Source: Prorocentrum cordatum
Lineage: Eukaryota
Assembly (NCBI GenBank): GCA_963575745.1
Contig: CAUYUJ010000299.1
Coordinates: forward strand, 62,001-115,689
DNA: 53,689 nt
Direction: 5' to 3'
The translations under genes and the position numbers were made by a program. Numbering within the stretch: position 1 is the first letter of the stretch; each line of letters starts with the position of its first letter. Below the pieces are notes generated by a model, which did not search any database, was not told where the DNA came from, and worked only from the letters and a program-made list of their open reading frames with translations. Positions 33,401-43,620 of this stretch are shown in pieces.

Positions 33401-36400
33401 CTAATCCTCGTCGTCGGGCGGCTCCTGTGTGGCGGACAGCGCGCGGCCCTCGATGCCAGTGCTGCCGGCGAACATGCCAACGTAGGTCGATCCGCTCGCC
33501 CCCGTCGTCGCGCCCTTCGTCGGCGCGCCAGTCGCCGCCGCAGTCAGCACCGTGGTCGCCGTGGCGGCCAGGGCCGCTGTCGACGCCGATGTCGGCGCGA
33601 CCGTCGGCGCCGCTGTCGGAGTAGCCGTCGGTGTCGTGACCAGTTCAGCCATCGGCGAACCGAACCGTGCATCTGCAGGTGCAGCGGCTAGTGCAACCGT
33701 CGTCGACGCTGTCCAGGCGGTTGTCTGTGCCGCGGCCAGGGCAACAGACAGACGACCCATCGGCGCTGCCGTTGGTGCAGCAATCGGCGAAGCCGTAGGC
33801 GACGAAGCCGGCGCAGCCGCCGCCGCCGCTGTAAACGGGGCGGCCCGAGCCGCAGCCGGAGCAGCGGTCGGTGCCGTAGACGGCGCGGCCGGCGGCACAG
33901 CGGTCAGCGCCGCGGTCGGCACGGCGGCCAGAGCTGCCGTCGGCGACGCTATCGGCGCGGCCGTCGGCGCCGCCGCCAGCGCGGCTGTCGGAGTGGCTGT
34001 CGGCGCCGCGGTCGGTACACTCGTCGGCGCTGCTGTCGGCGACGTTGTCGGCGCGGCCACCGTAGCCGCAGTCGGTGAGGCGGTCGGGGCCACCGTCGGC
34101 TCAGCTGTCAGCACCGCAGCCGCTGCCGCCGTCGGTGCCGCAATTGGCGCCGTTGTCGGTGCCACAATTGGCGCGGCTGTCGATGCTGCAGCCGGCATGG
34201 CGGTCGGCGTAGCTGGCGGCGCCGCAGTCGGAGCCGGAGTCGGGAAACCCGTCGGGGAGCTAGTCGATGTCCCCGTTGTCGCCGAGGTCGCCGTGGCTGT
34301 CAGTGCCGCATCCCCCGGGGCCGCGGTAGCCACCGCCTCTGGCGCGAGACGCCCGTCCCACATGGGCGGGACCGCCGCTGACCCGGAGGCTGGTGCGCGC
34401 CGGGCGCCCCTGGCGGGCGAGGGCGGGCGGGCATCCCTCGGGGCCGCGGCCGCAGCCGCCGCTGGCGTGCGCCGTCCGTCGCACATGGGTGGGCCAACGC
34501 CCGCCCCTGAGGCTGGTGCGAGCCGTGCGCCCCCGGCCGGTGCGAGTACGGTGGCGCCCCCCGGGGCCGCGGTGGCAGCTGCCTCCGGCGTGCGCCGCCC
34601 GTGAGGTCTGGGCTGCCTGGAGGCCGCCAGCGCAGACGCCAGCGCCGCTGTCGGTGCCGCCGTTGGCGCCTCGGCTGGTACAGCGGTCGGCGCATCTGTC
34701 ATTGCAGCTGTCGGTGCCGTGGTCGGCGCAGCTGTCAGCGAGGCCGTCGATGCAGCCGTCGGCGTACCAGCCGTCTTATGACCCGCCAGCGCAGCCTCGA
34801 TCTCCTCGGCAGCCTTTGGGCCGCTGTCCAGAACGTGCCAGTCATCCGAGGAGCCCTCCACGAGCGCGCCCTTCAAGTTCACCGCGCCAGCGCCGCTGTC
34901 GGCGCCGCGGCCGGTACCGAAATCAGCGCTGCAGTAGGGGCCGCTGTCGGCGCCCCCGTCGAGGATGCTGTCGGCGTGCCTGCTGGTGCCGCAGTCTGCG
35001 CGGCGGTCGATGCCGCAGCCAGCGCAGCGGTTAACGCCGCTGGCGGGGTGGCCGTCAGTGCCACCGTAGGTGCCGCGGTCGGCGCGGCCGCGCCCGCCGC
35101 CCGAGACGCCCCCCACGGGCACGCCCTTGCGGGTTGCCTCGTAGGCGCCGCCGTCGGCGCCGCGGTCAGCGCCGAGGTCGGTGCAGCAGTCGGTGCCATT
35201 GTCGGCGTAACTGACGAGGCTGTCGTCGGCGTGGCTGTCGAGGTAGCCGTCGGCGCGGCCGCCGGTGCCGCAGACAGCGTGGCTGCAGCCATTGGCGCCG
35301 CTGTCGGTGCCGCAGCCGGTGAGCCTGTCGGCGGGCCATTCGATCAGCCCGCTGGTGCCCTCGTAGGGCTCGCAGTCGGCGCGGCAGTCGGCGCCGTGGT
35401 TGGCGCAGCCGTCGGCGCCGCAGTCGGCGCGGCTGTCCGCGCCGCAGGCTGCGCCACTGTCCCTGCCGATGCCGTCGCAACTGCCGACGTCGTCGCGGCT
35501 GCCCACTGTGCCGCGGTCAGCTCGGCCGTCAGCGCCGCAGGCATAGCCGTCGGCGTACCTGTAGGCAAGGCGGTCAGCGCCACGGTCGTCGCAGCTATCG
35601 GGGCCGCGGCCGGCGTAGCTGCAGTTGGTGCCGCTGCGTCTGTAGCTGCCAGCCCCGTCGCTCGGGCGCGTGCCATAGGCACCCCGGGCCTTGACCCGCT
35701 GCCTCACCTTCGTAACGTGAGCGACAAGGCCGCCCTCCACCGGAGCGTTCCCAACCGAGAGGCCGCAAGCCTTCGCGACGTCGAACGCCGTGTCACCGCT
35801 GCTGACCAGCTCGCACTCGGCGTCCGGCACGGGCTCGATCGCCAGTGGCCTCACGCTCGCATCGGCGCTGTCCACGACGGCTGCCCTGCCAATGCCGCGG
35901 TTGGCGGAGACGCCAGTGACGCCGTCGGCGCGGTTGTCGGTGCCGTAATCGGTGCCGCGATCGACGCCGCCGTCGGCGCCGCTATCGGCGCGGCGGCTGC
36001 CGGTGCCGCAGCAATCGCAGGCGTCGGTGCCGCCGTTGGCGGTGCTGGCGGTGAAGCCGTGGGCGCGGGTGTCGGTGCAGCTGTCAGCGACGCAGTCGGC
36101 GCAGCTGTCGGCGAGGCTGCCGGTGCTGCAGACGGCGCGGGTGTCGGTGCTGCAGTTGGCAGAGCCGCCGGCGGAGCTGTAGGTGCGGGCGTCGGTGCAG
36201 CTGTCGGCGATACCGCCAGCGCAGCTGTCGGCGATGCTGTCGGGGCAACGGTTGGCGCGGCTGTCCGCGCCGCAGCCGGCGGGGCTGCTGACGCCAGCGT
36301 CGGCGCAGCTGCTGGTGCGGCTGTCGACGAGGTGGTCGGTGAGGCCGTCGCACGTCGCCGCGGCCGTGACCATGGAGGCCGGTTGCTCCCCTATCGGACC

Positions 36401-39400
36401 GTACATCGCAAACATGAAGGCCGAGTGCTCGCCCATCGGACTGTACCAGATGCCCGTCTTGTCGCAGACGGCGCCGCTGCCGGAGCGGATTTCGGCAAGG
36501 CTGTCGGTCCCGCGGTGGGCGTACCTGTCGTTGCAACCGTCGCCGTCGGTAACGCCGTCGGCGCCGCTGTACGCGCGACAGTCGTCGCCACTGGCGGGTC
36601 TGCTGCCGGTGCCGCAGTTGTCGGAGCGGCTGTCGGTGCCGTCGGCGCCGCTGTCGGTGATGCCGTCGGCGCCCCTGCAGGTGTAGCTGCATGCGCCGCG
36701 GTCGGGGCGGCTGTCGGCGCCGCTGTCGGCGCAGCCGTCGGCTGGGCCGTCGGCGCAGCCGGCGGCAGCGCAGCTGTCGGCGAAACTGTCGACGCCGCAG
36801 TCGGGGCGGCAGCCGACGTCACTGGAGGCGCAGCCGCCGACGTGGCAGTCGCTACCCTCTACGGTCGCCGTCGGCCTCGCTGGGCAGTCGATGCCGCGGT
36901 TGACGCAGATCGCGGCGAAACTGGTGGTGCGGCCCTCAATGCGGCCGTCGGTGATGCTGTCGACGCTGCTGTGGGCGGGGCTGTCGGCGCCGTCGTCGAC
37001 GCCGCCGCCGGCGCCGCTGTTGGCGCCACTATCGGCGAGGCTGTCGGCCGAAAGTCGCACTAAGCCGGGCAGGGTCGCCGCTGGCACTTCGCCCCTGAGG
37101 CTTGTCCCCACGCGGCTTGACCAAGCGGCGCCCTGGCCCTCAACCAGCAACGCCCCTCCCGCGTGAACCTCGCCCCTAAGGCTGGTCCCCCCGCGGAAAG
37201 GCCCGGCCGGGCCAGGGCCCGCAGCAGACGGTGGGTTGTCGTGGATGGCCCAATCAGAGAACGCCTCCTTCAAGCACGACCGCACTGGGAGTACCAGCGC
37301 ACGGTGGGGCACGCCCAGCATGTCCAGGAACGCCAAGGCGCCGTGGGACACCGGTAAGCCCAGGAGCACCCGCATGCCGTCGAGCACCAGCATGATCTGC
37401 ACCTCGGGCGAGCCGAGGAGTAGGAGCGTGCGCGTGGACGCGAGCGCGCCCCTGCGTCCCAGCGCGCCGGGGGGCACAGCCCCGCCACCAAGCACGCGTG
37501 CACCGTTGAGCACCGGCGCGCCTGCGAGCCCCCGCCCGCAGTGGATCAAGGGTAGACCCGCCGCTGGGGTTCCGCTCCTCGAGCTGATCCCCTCGCAACT
37601 GGGCCAAGTCGAGCCCCTTCCACCGCGATCCAGGCCAAAATCTCCAGAGCCGTCTCGGCCAGGTACGCACGCTGGCCAACGGCCGCCGAGGTTGGGCGTG
37701 CCAGGGGACGCGTGATCAGGTAGGTGTAGACGCGCTGCGACCGGCAGGCAGTCGAACATTCGCTTGCCCGTGAACTCGGTCGTCGGCGGGGATGACCTGG
37801 CCAAGGAGAAGTCGCGCTTGTCGCAATACATCAGCGTCGACGGGCCATCGAGCACGAGCATCGGGGCGCGCATGAACACCGGCGTGCTGTCAAGCGAGAG
37901 CGCCCGGGTGCAAAAGAGGGCCCGCACGTCGGGGAGCGCCCGGGCGCTCCAGGGTCCGTGCGTGTCCCTGAGCGCGACCACACCAGGCACCAGCCTGCCC
38001 AAGAAGAGCAAGGCCTTCGCGTCGACGCGTGTGCCAGAGCGGGTACCGGTGTCAGCGCCGCCGTCGATGTTGGCGATGATGCTGGCCGCTACGGCCTCGG
38101 GGACCACGCCGGGCACGCTTGGGGTCCTCACCCAGACATCGAGGGCGAGGCCAGTGCCGCGGTCGATGCCGCCGTCGACGCCGCGGTTGGCGCCGCCGTT
38201 GTCGAGGCCGACGGGGGGGTGTCGCGCCGCGCTGGGCGGGACCGCCGCGGTGGGCTTCCCGCCCCGCGTCGGCGCGATGCCGGGCACCAGGGCGCACGCG
38301 TGCGCCACGTCCTCGGAGGCGGGGTCGGTGCCCTGGGTGATGTAACTGACAGCGTCACTGACGGTGAAGCCGTGGGCACGGGTGTCGGCGCAGCTGTCGG
38401 TGATGCAGACGGCGCAGCTGTCGGCGGGGCTGACGATGCCGCAGACGGCGCGGGTGTCGGTGCTGCAGTTAGCGGGGCCGCCGGCGAAGCTGCAGGTGCG
38501 GACGTCGGCGCAGCTGTCGTCGATGCTGTCGTCGATGCTGTCGGTGCCCTCGGCGCTGCTGTCGGTGATGCCGCCGGCGCCCCTGCAGGCGTGGCCGCAA
38601 GCGCCGCGGTCGGGGCGGCTGTCGGCGCCGCCGTCGGCGCAGCCGTCGGCGGGGCCGTCGATGCGGCCGGCGGCAGCGCAGCTGTCGGCGAAACCGTCGA
38701 CGCCGCAGTCGGGGTGGCAGCCGACGCAACTGGAGGCGCAGCCGCCAGCGCGGCTGTCGGGGCCGCAGCCGCCGGAACGGCAGTAGGTGCTGCCGTCGAC
38801 GCCGCCAGGGCTAGTGGCGCAGCCGTCGGCCAGGCTGTCAGTGCCGCAGCCGTCGGGACGGCAGTCGGCGCCGCCGCCGGCCCAGCCGCCGGCGGGGCCG
38901 TCGGGGCCGCCGTTGTCGGAGCGGCGGCGGGTGCTGCCGCCGACGCCGCCGACGACGCAGCTGTCGGAGCGACTATTGGGGCCGTCGGCGCCGCTCTCGG
39001 TGATACCGTCGGCGCCGCTGCCTGCGGTGCTGTCGGCGCCGCGGTCGGGGCGCCAATCGGTGCCGCCCTCGACGCCGCTGACGGCGCAACGGCCGGTGCG
39101 GCAATGGACTCCGCAGCCGTCGGAGCGGCAGCCGGTGCCGCCTGAGTGGCTGTTGGGGCCGCAGCTGTCGGAGCGGCAGTCAGTGCCGCCGTCGACGCTG
39201 CCGAGGCTGTTGGGGCTGCTGTCGGCGAAGCTATCGGTGCCGCAGTTGTCGGAACGGCAAAGGGCGCCGCCGTCGGCGCTGCCGTGGGCGTGGCTGTCGG
39301 GGCGCCGATCAGTGCCGCCCTCGACGCCGCTGGCGGCGCAACGGCCGGTGCGGCTGTTGGCTCCGGCGGCGCCGCAGTCGGTGATGTCCTCGGCGCGGCC

Positions 39401-40624
39401 GTCCCCACTGTCGGTGATGTTATCGGCGCAGCCGTCAGTGCCACGGTTGGCGCGACTGGCGCCGTCGCCGCCGCTGTCGGTGAAGCCGTCGATGCGACCG
39501 GCGCCGCTGTCGGTGAAGCCGTCGACGCGCCCGTAGCCAGCGCGGCCGTCGGCGCCGCGGTAGGCGCCGCTGTAGGTGCCATTGCAGCCGCTGCCCGCCC
39601 GCCGTCGCCTCCCGATGCCGAGTCTTGGCGCGCATCGGGTCGAGGCGCCGCTGTAGGTGCCATTGCAGCCGCTGCCCGCCCGCCGTCGCCTCCCGATGCC
39701 GAATCTTGGCGCACATCGGGTCGCTTTTGAGCCACCCCGGCACGCCTCCTCCTTCGGGTCCGCCGAGGGTCCCGAAGAGGACGTGGTAGGGGGTGCCCCT
39801 CGGCCAATCCAATCACAACGCAGTCCATGGGGTCTGCCGTGGAGCCCGGCCATGCCCTCGAAGTTGGGCTGGGGCACGCTCTCGAATACCGGCGTGCTGC
39901 AAAGCCCAGGCGCGCTTCGGAATGCGAGCGCGCTGATGGGCGTCAGCGTGCCTGTCGGCACCCACGCGCTGCCGAGCACCTGCGTGCCCTTGACAGAGGG
40001 CCCGGCTCCACGCCTCGCCAGGGCGTGCGCGCAATCCTCCACGTGACCCGAAGGTATGCGAACGGTGAGGTCCTCCGCCACCAGTAACCCAGCCGCTGGA
40101 ACGTCGCCCCTCAGGCTCGTACCCTCGCGGCTAAGCCCCGCCGGCATGACCAACGCCAGCTGGGCGGTACGTGCAGCCACGAAGCTGAACCGAGCGACGC
40201 CCGCCTCGTGGTGCGTGCCTCGGTGTGCGACTACGCCCACGGTCGCGCCGTCGGCGTCGGGGGCGCCGTCGCTGGCGCCGGGGCCGGCGGTGGCGCTGGC
40301 GGAGGCGCGGACGCCAGTGCCAGCGCGGGCGTTGTCGGCGGTGCGGGCGCCGGTTCCAGTGTAGACGGTCGTGCCGACGTCGGCGTCGGTGCTGGTCTCT
40401 GCACTGGTCTCGGCGTCGGCGCAGGCGCCTGCGTCAGCGTCGGCGCTGGCGTCGCCGCTGTCGGCATAGGCGGCGCCGTCGGCGTCGACGTCGGCGGTGG
40501 CGGAGGCGGGGTCGCCCTCGCGGCAGTCCTCGCAACTGGGCAGGCGCGGAGCGGCATGCAGCGGTGGCAGCGAGGGCCGCTGCGACGCCCAGGCTGGGCC
40601 AGCCCCGTCGGCAGCGCGCGGCAC
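33401..40624 (-). CDS. Very long low-complexity ORF (2407 aa) built on a degenerate 12-bp repeat (PTAA / ADSG, depending on frame); coding status uncertain
   Basis: 7.2 kb without a stop, including non-repeat islands, and co-oriented with the other element ORFs. However, the GC-rich CCGACAGCGGCG repeat is stop-poor in several frames. Confidence 0.4.
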   Translation of the reverse strand: MPRAADGAGPAWASQRPSLPPLHAAPRLPSCEDCREGDPASATADVDADGAAYADSGDASADADAGACADAETSAETSTDADVGTTVYTGTGARTADNARAGTGVRASASATAGPGASDGAPDADGATVGVVAHRGTHHEAGVARFSFVAARTAQLALVMPAGLSREGTSLRGDVPAAGLLVAEDLTVRIPSGHVEDCAHALARRGAGPSVKGTQVLGSAWVPTGTLTPISALAFRSAPGLCSTPVFESVPQPNFEGMAGLHGRPHGLRCDWIGRGAPPTTSSSGPSADPKEEACRGGSKATRCAPRFGIGRRRRAGSGCNGTYSGASTRCAPRLGIGRRRRAGSGCNGTYSGAYRGADGRAGYGRVDGFTDSGAGRIDGFTDSGGDGASRANRGTDGCADNITDSGDGRAEDITDCGAAGANSRTGRCAASGVEGGTDRRPDSHAHGSADGGALCRSDNCGTDSFADSSPNSLGSVDGGTDCRSDSCGPNSHSGGTGCRSDGCGVHCRTGRCAVSGVEGGTDWRPDRGADSTAGSGADGITESGADGPNSRSDSCVVGGVGGSTRRRSDNGGPDGPAGGWAGGGADCRPDGCGTDSLADGCATSPGGVDGSTYCRSGGCGPDSRAGGCASSCVGCHPDCGVDGFADSCAAAGRIDGPADGCADGGADSRPDRGACGHACRGAGGITDSSAEGTDSIDDSIDDSCADVRTCSFAGGPANCSTDTRAVCGIVSPADSCAVCITDSCADTRAHGFTVSDAVSYITQGTDPASEDVAHACALVPGIAPTRGGKPTAAVPPSAARHPPVGLDNGGANRGVDGGIDRGTGLALDVWVRTPSVPGVVPEAVAASIIANIDGGADTGTRSGTRVDAKALLFLGRLVPGVVALRDTHGPWSARALPDVRALFCTRALSLDSTPVFMRAPMLVLDGPSTLMYCDKRDFSLARSSPPTTEFTGKRMFDCLPVAARLHLPDHASPGTPNLGGRWPACVPGRDGSGDFGLDRGGRGSTWPSCEGISSRSGTPAAGLPLIHCGRGLAGAPVLNGARVLGGGAVPPGALGRRGALASTRTLLLLGSPEVQIMLVLDGMRVLLGLPVSHGALAFLDMLGVPHRALVLPVRSCLKEAFSDWAIHDNPPSAAGPGPAGPFRGGTSLRGEVHAGGALLVEGQGAAWSSRVGTSLRGEVPAATLPGLVRLSADSLADSGANSGAGGGVDDGADSPAHSSVDSITDGRIEGRTTSFAAICVNRGIDCPARPTATVEGSDCHVGGCASSDVGCRPDCGVDSFADSCAAAGCADGPADGCADSGADSRPDRGACSYTCRGADGITDSGADGTDSRSDNCGTGSRPASGDDCRAYSGADGVTDGDGCNDRYAHRGTDSLAEIRSGSGAVCDKTGIWYSPMGEHSAFMFAMYGPIGEQPASMVTAAATCDGLTDHLVDSRTSSCADAGVSSPAGCGADSRANRCPDSIADSCAGGIADSCTDARTYSSAGGSANCSTDTRAVCSTGSLADSCADCVADSCTDTRAHGFTASTANGGTDACDCCGTGSRRADSGADGGVDRGTDYGTDNRADGVTGVSANRGIGRAAVVDSADASVRPLAIEPVPDAECELVSSGDTAFDVAKACGLSVGNAPVEGGLVAHVTKVRQRVKARGAYGTRPSDGAGSYRRSGTNCSYAGRGPDSCDDRGADRLAYRYADGYACGADGRADRGTVGSRDDVGSCDGIGRDSGAACGADSRADCGADGCANHGADCRADCEPYEGTSGLIEWPADRLTGCGTDSGANGCSHAVCGTGGRADGYLDSHADDSLVSYADNGTDCCTDLGADRGADGGAYEATRKGVPVGGVSGGGRGRADRGTYGGTDGHPASGVNRCAGCGIDRRADCGTSRHADSILDGGADSGPYCSADFGTGRGADSGAGAVNLKGALVEGSSDDWHVLDSGPKAAEEIEAALAGHKTAGTPTAASTASLTAAPTTAPTAAMTDAPTAVPAEAPTAAPTAALASALAASRQPRPHGRRTPEAAATAAPGGATVLAPAGGARLAPASGAGVGPPMCDGRRTPAAAAAAAPRDARPPSPARGARRAPASGSAAVPPMWDGRLAPEAVATAAPGDAALTATATSATTGTSTSSPTGFPTPAPTAAPPATPTAMPAAASTAAPIVAPTTAPIAAPTAAAAAVLTAEPTVAPTASPTAATVAAPTTSPTAAPTSVPTAAPTATPTAALAAAPTAAPIASPTAALAAVPTAALTAVPPAAPSTAPTAAPAAARAAPFTAAAAAAPASSPTASPIAAPTAAPMGRLSVALAAAQTTAWTASTTVALAAAPADARFGSPMAELVTTPTATPTAAPTVAPTSASTAALAATATTVLTAAATGAPTKGATTGASGSTYVGMFAGSTGIEGRALSATQEPPDDED

Positions 40625-43620
40625 GCGCCTGAGCTGGCCTCCACGGCCTCGCTCAGGCAGGGGGCAAACGCGACCCAGCCGCGCGGCGCCGGCCCGCCGG
40701 CGCGAGCCGCGCCCGCGAAGGGCGCCAAACTCGCGTCGCGCGCTAAGCGTGACCGAAAATGGAACTGGCAGCGCGTGCGCGCAAGAACGCCCGCACGAGC
40801 TGCGCGGCCGATGCCCGTGCTGAGATCTCTGTCGGCGCCGGCGTTAGTCCCAGCCCCCGCGTTGGTATCGATGCTGGCGCCGGCTCTCGCGGCGGCGTCG
40901 GCGCCGGTGCTGGCATCGGGGCTGGCGTTGATTTCGGCGTAGGCGGCGTCGCCGACAGCGCCTGCAGCGGCATCGGAGGCGCCGGCTTCGGCGCGGGCGT
41001 CGGTGCGGGTGCGGATGTTGGCGCAGGCCGGGATGCTGGGGCCGACCTCAACGCTGGCGTCGGCACCGGTGCCGGATCCCACGACGGAAAAACCGGTGCC
41101 AAGCCTGGACCAACCCATGGCCCAAACCTCGCTGGCCCAGACCTCGGCGTGGGCGATAGCGCCGGGGCTGGCGCCTGCGCTGGCAGCCGAGTAGGCGACG
41201 GCGCCCGCGCGAGCCCTGGACCCGAGGGCGTTGATGCCGACATCGGCGGTGACGCTGGGAGCGGTGGCGCGGGCGTAGGCGTCGGCGCTGGCGCCGTCGC
41301 CGGCGTCGATGTCGGTGTAGGCGGGGACGTTGGGGGCGTCGACGCTGGCGTCGTAGGAGGCGCTGATGTTGGCGCAGGCGGTGACGACGGTGTCGACGAC
41401 GGTGGCGGCGTCGGCGCTGGGAGCGGGGCCCCCGTCGGGGCCCGCGGCGCCGAGCCTGGCCCAGTCCATGTCCCAAACCTCGTCGGCCTCCACATCCGTC
41501 TCGGCCCCGTCCGTCCCCGCGGCCCTCCACGGGCCGTCGACGTCGGCGCTGGCGTCGGCGGTGGCGGAGGCGGAGTCGCCCTCGCGGCAGCCCTCGCAGC
41601 TCGGCAGGCGCGGAGCGGCCTGCAGCGGCGGCGGCGAGGGCAACTGCGACGCCCCGGCTGGGCAGGCCCTGCCGGCAGCGTGCGGCGCGCGCCTGAGCTG
41701 GCCTCCACGGCCTCGCTCAGGCGGGGGGCAAACGCGACCCAACCGCACGGCGCCGGCCCGCCGGCGCGAAGCCGCGCCCGCGATGGGCGCGAGACGCGCG
41801 CGCCGCGCTTGCCGCGACGGAAAGCAGAACTGGCAGCGCGCGCACGCGAGAACGCCCGCGCGAGCTGCACGGCGCCTGCGGGGCCAAGCCCGTGCGTGCG
41901 GAAGCGCGTAGCCGGTAGCGCAGTCGCCGACGTTGGGGCCAGCGTCAGCGCCAGCGACGGCGTGGGCGCCGGTGCCCGTGCCGACGTCCCTGTCGGCGTC
42001 GGCGTTGGTCCCAGCCCCTGCGCTGGCATCGGTGCTGACGCCGACTCTCGCGGCGGCGTCGGCGCTGGCGCTGGCGTCGGAGTCCGCAAGGTCGGCTTTC
42101 CGCGGCACGTCCTGCACGATGGAGTCGAGCTTGGCCGGAACAGCCGTCCCAGGTCCTACGGCCTGCTGGACATGGGCGGCGTCGGCCTTCGGCTGCACGT
42201 CCTGGCCGATTTCGACGAGCCTAGAATGGGCACCCGTGATGGACACCTCGCACGGCTGGACCCGGGCGGGGTCGAACCTCCACTGCGCGCCAGCTAAGAA
42301 GCGGAACTGAGCAGCGTGCACCCCATGGTGCGTGCCCTGGTGTGCGACCACGCCCGCGACCGCGACGTCGGCGCCGGTGGCGCTGTCGCTGGCGCTGGGG
42401 CTGGCGGCGGCGCCGGCGTGGGCACGGGCGCCAGTGCCAGCGCGGGCGCGGGCGCCGTCGGCAGCGCAGGCGCTGGTCCCAGTGCAGGCGGTCACGTCGA
42501 TGCCGGCGTCGGCGTCGGTCTCCGTGCCGGTTTCAGCGTCGGCGTAGGCGCCCGCGTCAGCATCGGCGCTGCCGTCGCTATCGGAGCAGGCGGCGGCGTT
42601 GGCGTCGACGTCGGCGCTGGCGTCAGCAGTGGTGGAGGTGGAATCGCCCGCGCGGCAGTCCTCGCGATTCGGCAGGCGCGGAGCGGCCCACGGCGGTGGC
42701 GGCGAGGGCAGTTGCGGCACCCCGGCTGGGCAAGCCCCGCCGGCAGCGCGCGGCGCGCGCCCGAGCTGGCCCCCACGGCCTCGCTCAGGCAGGGGACCAA
42801 CGAGCCCCGATCGCGCGGCGCCGGCCCGCCGGCGCGAAGCCGCGCCCGCGAAGAGCCCGAGACGCGCGCGTCGCGCTAAGCGCGACAGAAAGCCGAACGG
42901 GCAGCGCGCGCGCGCGAGGAAGCCCGCGTGAGCGGCACGGAGCCTGCGGAGCCAAGCGCGCGCGTGCGGAAGCGTAGTGCTGGTGACGCGGTCGCTGACG
43001 TTGGGGCCAGCGTCGACGCCGGCGGCGGCGCGGGCGCCGGTGCCCGTGCAGACGTCCCTGTCGGCGTCGGCGTCGGCCCCGATCCCTGCGATGGTATCGC
43101 TGCTGACGCCGACCGTCGCGGCGTCGTCGGGGCCGCCGCTGGGGTCGGCGGCGGCGTTGGTTTCGGCGTAGGCGGTGACGCCGCTGACGTCGTCTGCGTT
43201 GACGCCGATGCCGGTAGCGGGGCCCGCGTCAGCGCCGAGCCGGAGCCACTCTAAGTCCCAGACCTCGTCGTCCGTGCTGGCAAAGGCGCCGGTGTCGGAG
43301 CTGGCGGTGGTGCAAGCGTCGGCGCCGGTCGCGGCGTTGGCGGTCGCGGTGGCGGTAGCGCCTGCATCGGCATCGGAGGCGTCGGCGTTGGCGCGTACGT
43401 CGGTGCTGGCGCTGACGTTGGCGTAGGCCGTGGTGCTGGAGCCGACCTCGACGCTGGCGTCGGTGCGGGTGCCGAGTCCCACGTCGGAGCTCCTGGCGCC
43501 AGGTCTGGACCAACGCACGGCCCAGACCTCGCCGGCCTCCGAGCGGGTGAGGGCGATAGCGTCGGTGCTGGCGCCTGCGCTCGCGCCGGGTGCGCGGCGG
43601 CGCCCACGCGGGCCTCGCAA
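40231..43620 (-). CDS. Ala/Asp-rich repetitive ORF (1129 aa), probably a frameshifted continuation of 43251-46409
   Basis: Shares repeated modules (EVWDLEWLRLG, PRLPSCEDCREGD) with the ORFs on both sides and overlaps them in other frames. Confidence 0.35.
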   Translation of the reverse strand: MRGPRGRRRAPGASAGASTDAIALTRSEAGEVWAVRWSRPGARSSDVGLGTRTDASVEVGSSTTAYANVSASTDVRANADASDADAGATATATANAATGADACTTASSDTGAFASTDDEVWDLEWLRLGADAGPATGIGVNADDVSGVTAYAETNAAADPSGGPDDAATVGVSSDTIAGIGADADADRDVCTGTGARAAAGVDAGPNVSDRVTSTTLPHARAWLRRLRAAHAGFLARARCPFGFLSRLARRARLGLFAGAASRRRAGAARSGLVGPLPERGRGGQLGRAPRAAGGACPAGVPQLPSPPPPWAAPRLPNREDCRAGDSTSTTADASADVDANAAACSDSDGSADADAGAYADAETGTETDADAGIDVTACTGTSACAADGARARAGTGARAHAGAAASPSASDSATGADVAVAGVVAHQGTHHGVHAAQFRFLAGAQWRFDPARVQPCEVSITGAHSRLVEIGQDVQPKADAAHVQQAVGPGTAVPAKLDSIVQDVPRKADLADSDASASADAAARVGVSTDASAGAGTNADADRDVGTGTGAHAVAGADAGPNVGDCATGYALPHARAWPRRRRAARAGVLACARCQFCFPSRQARRARLAPIAGAASRRRAGAVRLGRVCPPPERGRGGQLRRAPHAAGRACPAGASQLPSPPPLQAAPRLPSCEGCREGDSASATADASADVDGPWRAAGTDGAETDVEADEVWDMDWARLGAAGPDGGPAPSADAATVVDTVVTACANISASYDASVDAPNVPAYTDIDAGDGASADAYARATAPSVTADVGINALGSRARAGAVAYSAASAGASPGAIAHAEVWASEVWAMGWSRLGTGFSVVGSGTGADASVEVGPSIPACANIRTRTDARAEAGASDAAAGAVGDAAYAEINASPDASTGADAAARAGASIDTNAGAGTNAGADRDLSTGIGRAARAGVLARTRCQFHFRSRLARDASLAPFAGAARAGGPAPRGWVAFAPCLSEAVEASSGACRALPTGLAQPGRRSGPRCHRCMPLRACPVARTAARATPPPPPPTSTPTAPPMPTAATPAPTLTQAPAPTPRPVQRPAPTPTSARPSTLEPAPAPPTTPALALASAPPPAPPPAPAPATAPPTPTARPWA

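Noticed and set aside
33552..39730. Plus-strand AVGA-repeat ORFs (350, 820, 395 aa)
   Set aside because: Antisense shadows of the 12-bp repeat.
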